From Candidatus Doudnabacteria bacterium RIFCSPHIGHO2_01_FULL_46_24 (GTDB lineage: Bacteria; Patescibacteriota; Doudnabacteria; UBA920; O2-02-FULL-48-8), in the NCBI GenBank assembly GCA_001777575.1, contig MFEL01000018.1, positions 8,264-72,263 on the forward strand: a DNA stretch of 64,000 nt, written 5' to 3'. Positions 61,599 to 64,000 of this stretch are shown in pieces. A program made the position numbers and the translations under genes. Position 1 is the stretch's first letter. Each line of letters starts with the position of its first letter. Under the pieces are notes generated by a model. The model did not search any database, was not told where the DNA came from, and was given only the letters and a program-made list of their open reading frames with translations.

Positions 61599-61958
61599 TT
61601 AATTACTTTTATTAACTAGGGATTTTTCAAGACCAAATAACATTTTCGAGCATTCAGTGTAAGCGTTAATGAAGTAGTGAAAAATTTCTTGACTCATGTA
61701 TTGCTTTTTATAAGCCATGCGCAAATGATGCAGTGTTTCTCTTAATTCGCCTTGCGCCCGGCTGATAGCTTCTGTGTAAATATTCGTATGCTTATTGCCA
61801 AAACCTTCGGCTAAAATCGCTGAAATCGCATTGGATGATCTTCTTACTTGAGAACCTATCTCGTAAAGCTCAAATTTTGGAAATTTCATGGTTAGTTCAT
61901 GAACCTCAAATGCCAACTTAACTAATTTTTGATATACATCAAGATCTTCTACCAGCAT
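61599..61958 (-). CDS. Four-helix-bundle protein (23S rRNA IVP / TIGR02436-like)
   Basis: 'EDL.VYQ', 'FPK.E.Y...SQ.RRSS..I...LAEG', 'A.GEL.ET'. Confidence 0.9.
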   Translation of the reverse strand: MLVEDLDVYQKLVKLAFEVHELTMKFPKFELYEIGSQVRRSSNAISAILAEGFGNKHTNIYTEAISRAQGELRETLHHLRMAYKKQYMSQEIFHYFINAYTECSKMLFGLEKSLVNKSN

Positions 61959-61988
61959 AACTTTAATCTTAAATCTTTCAACTTACAA

Positions 61989-62945
61989 CTATTTGATCTT
62001 TTTAATTTCCGTCCAATCCGAGGTTAGGCCTTCCCCGCTTTTTTGCCGCATCAAATAGTCAAACGCGGCCAGGGCTGCGGCTGCGCCTTCGCCGGCTGAT
62101 ATGACAGCCTGCTTATATGGGCGGTTAGTGGCATCGCCGGCCGCAAACACGCCCCTGCGGGAAGTAGCTTGATCAGGTCCAATCATAATTTGCCCCGATT
62201 CATCGAGTTTAACCAAGTCCTTCACAAAGTCCGATTTAACCACGTATCCTAATTCTACAAAAATTCCGGCAATTGGCAAAGACATCCGCTTATTGGTTTT
62301 TAAATCGAGCAACTTCAACTCTTCCACAGATTGACGCCCCTTAATTTCCTCAATCCGGACAAACGGCACGATCTGGACATTTTTTCTGCGCAACAGGGCC
62401 TTGACCAAGCTTGTGTGGCCGATTAGTTTGTCGGTTTTGGAAAGAACATAAACTTTTTTGGCAAATTTGCCGCACAGCAAAGCGGCCTCAATTGACAAAT
62501 CGCCCACGCCAACCACAGCCACACTTTTACCTTTGTAAAACGGCGCATCGCAAGTGGCGCAATAAGACACCCCCTTGCCTTTGAACTCCTGCTCACCCGG
62601 CACATCCAAATCTCTCGGTGTTTTGCCAAAAGCCAAAATAACTGCTGACCCCTTATACTGCTTGCCATAAGCGTAAACAATGAAACTCCCGGCCGCAGAC
62701 TTTATTTTTTCCACTTCCGCCATTTCCACTTGGGCGCCAAAATTGATCGCCTGCGCGCGGACGCTGTTTACCAGATTGTATCCGCCGGTTTCACTGACTC
62801 CGGGATAATTTTCAATCAAATCCGTGGAATTGGCTTGGCCCCCGATATCCTTGGCCAAAACCAAAATCGACAAGCCTCGCCGGGCGGCATAAATCGCCGC
62901 CGAAAACGCCGCCATGCCTCCGCCGATAATAATTACGTTAAACAT
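61989..62945 (-). CDS. Second thioredoxin reductase-like FAD oxidoreductase
   Basis: 'IIGGG.A..SAAIYAAR', 'GVSYCATCDAP', 'KQAVISAGEG..AA'. Confidence 0.9.
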   Translation of the reverse strand: MFNVIIIGGGMAAFSAAIYAARRGLSILVLAKDIGGQANSTDLIENYPGVSETGGYNLVNSVRAQAINFGAQVEMAEVEKIKSAAGSFIVYAYGKQYKGSAVILAFGKTPRDLDVPGEQEFKGKGVSYCATCDAPFYKGKSVAVVGVGDLSIEAALLCGKFAKKVYVLSKTDKLIGHTSLVKALLRRKNVQIVPFVRIEEIKGRQSVEELKLLDLKTNKRMSLPIAGIFVELGYVVKSDFVKDLVKLDESGQIMIGPDQATSRRGVFAAGDATNRPYKQAVISAGEGAAAALAAFDYLMRQKSGEGLTSDWTEIKKIK

Positions 62946-62949
62946 AAAT

Positions 62950-63726
62950 TTATAACTTGGCCTGTTTGATGAAATCGGGAAACAGCCTGACCTTCTTGCT
63001 GTCGTTGGGTTCGAACAAGAACGGGGCGACGTCCCGCGCTAATTCTGCAAAATCAAATTCTTTGATTAATTCAAGCAATCTCGCTCTTAATTGCTCAACG
63101 TTGTCAATATCCATCTTTTGCTTCAGATATTCGTAGTTGGGCTTGGTAAATGACAGCAAAAATACAATATCATAAAAATCGCGTCCCTTTGCTCGCTTGC
63201 GGCCAACCGCGGCGTTGATTTTTTGCGATAACAATAAATCCGGCGGGGTTACAAAAATTTCCGTAAAGACATCAAACTTATTCAGTATTTTCCTTTCCGG
63301 CTTATAGGAAACTCCATGGGCCAAACTGTCAATCTGGATCAGGATTTTTTCAGTTTGGTGAGCTGAAAGTCCGCTGCCAAAAAGAAGATCAGGCAAGCGG
63401 ACATTGCAGCGATAGGCCTCTTGGCCCACAATATCTATTTCAACCTTAAATCCGTCCGCTTCCAATCCTGCCTTAATCTTTTGGGCAACAGTCTCGAACG
63501 CTTGTTCTGATAAACCAAAATTATCAAAATCAATATCTTCCGAAAAGCGATTATTATCATAAACAATTCTCAATGCCGTGCCGCCTAAAAATGAAAGCTT
63601 CCCGGCATATTCTGAAGCGAAAATTATTTCTAAAATTTTATACTGCAAATATTCCCGAAGGAGAGAGCGCTTAAACGCTCTTAAGTTTTGCGGATATTGC
63701 TGTTGTATTTGTTCTATGGTTAGCAT
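62950..63726 (-). CDS. AbiEii-family nucleotidyltransferase toxin (type IV TA)
   Basis: 'FLGGTALRI.Y...RFSEDIDF', 'K..A...R...RDFYD'. Confidence 0.92.
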   Translation of the reverse strand: MLTIEQIQQQYPQNLRAFKRSLLREYLQYKILEIIFASEYAGKLSFLGGTALRIVYDNNRFSEDIDFDNFGLSEQAFETVAQKIKAGLEADGFKVEIDIVGQEAYRCNVRLPDLLFGSGLSAHQTEKILIQIDSLAHGVSYKPERKILNKFDVFTEIFVTPPDLLLSQKINAAVGRKRAKGRDFYDIVFLLSFTKPNYEYLKQKMDIDNVEQLRARLLELIKEFDFAELARDVAPFLFEPNDSKKVRLFPDFIKQAKL

Positions 63727-64000
63727 TAGTGCTGTTGCTTAACAAAATTCATAAACTGTTTAGCCCGCTTTTCCAGAACAGGGCTGTTGAATGCCTTGAC
63801 ATACCGATTAAACTTGGATAGATCAGCTCGCGCCAGAAAATCCCGGCCGTTAAATCGCCATTCCTGCAAATCCGCCGGTCTCGCGCTCTTGGAGTTAAGA
63901 TACAAGTAATCCAAAACCGCTTTTTCCATTTCGGCCAGCTTGAGTGGCTGCTGGCCTATCTTCCGTAAGGCATAGCCGAAGAAAAGTTGCGGCTTTAGGT
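63726..64000 (-). CDS. AbiEi-like antitoxin, C-terminal part (runs off window end)
   Basis: 'LFFGY...A..EKA.LDYLY', directly upstream of AbiEii. Confidence 0.75.
   Translation of the reverse strand, partial: LKPQLFFGYALRKIGQQPLKLAEMEKAVLDYLYLNSKSARPADLQEWRFNGRDFLARADLSKFNRYVKAFNSPVLEKRAKQFMNFVKQQH

Overview
Bacterial chromosomal window, standard code 11. The gene content and style suggest a Patescibacteria/CPR-type organism (inference, not a database result). Housekeeping genes include der, pth, dprA, topA, the hrcA-grpE-dnaK-dnaJ operon with a CIRCE, uvrA/uvrC, secG, rnj, trpS, ychF, rpsF-ssb-rpsR, efp, gdhA, two thioredoxin reductases, tRNA-Lys and tRNA-Leu. They are interspersed with five toxin-antitoxin pairs, Shine-Dalgarno-led orphan genes and a three-gene surface-protein cluster containing a cohesin and a dockerin. 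The most striking feature is a set of small, transposase-less repeat families that have entered genes in frame: (A) a 48-bp palindromic element found four times inside uvrA, uvrC (twice) and ychF, with compensatory arm changes; (B) a ~30-bp hairpin inside trpS and uvrC, also intergenic and nested; (C) a MITE-like element with ~12-bp terminal inverted repeats and 4-bp target duplications, sitting on start codons; (D) 7-mer tandem arrays inside six proteins, plus related inverted arrays, one set flanking a four-helix-bundle gene and with an 'empty' copy elsewhere. Also seen: a candidate structured leader RNA in two copies, a tRNA-Leu nested inside a broken tRNA-Leu, and a synonymously recoded duplicate of the rnj 3' end. 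All assignments come from reading motifs by eye; no searches were run.
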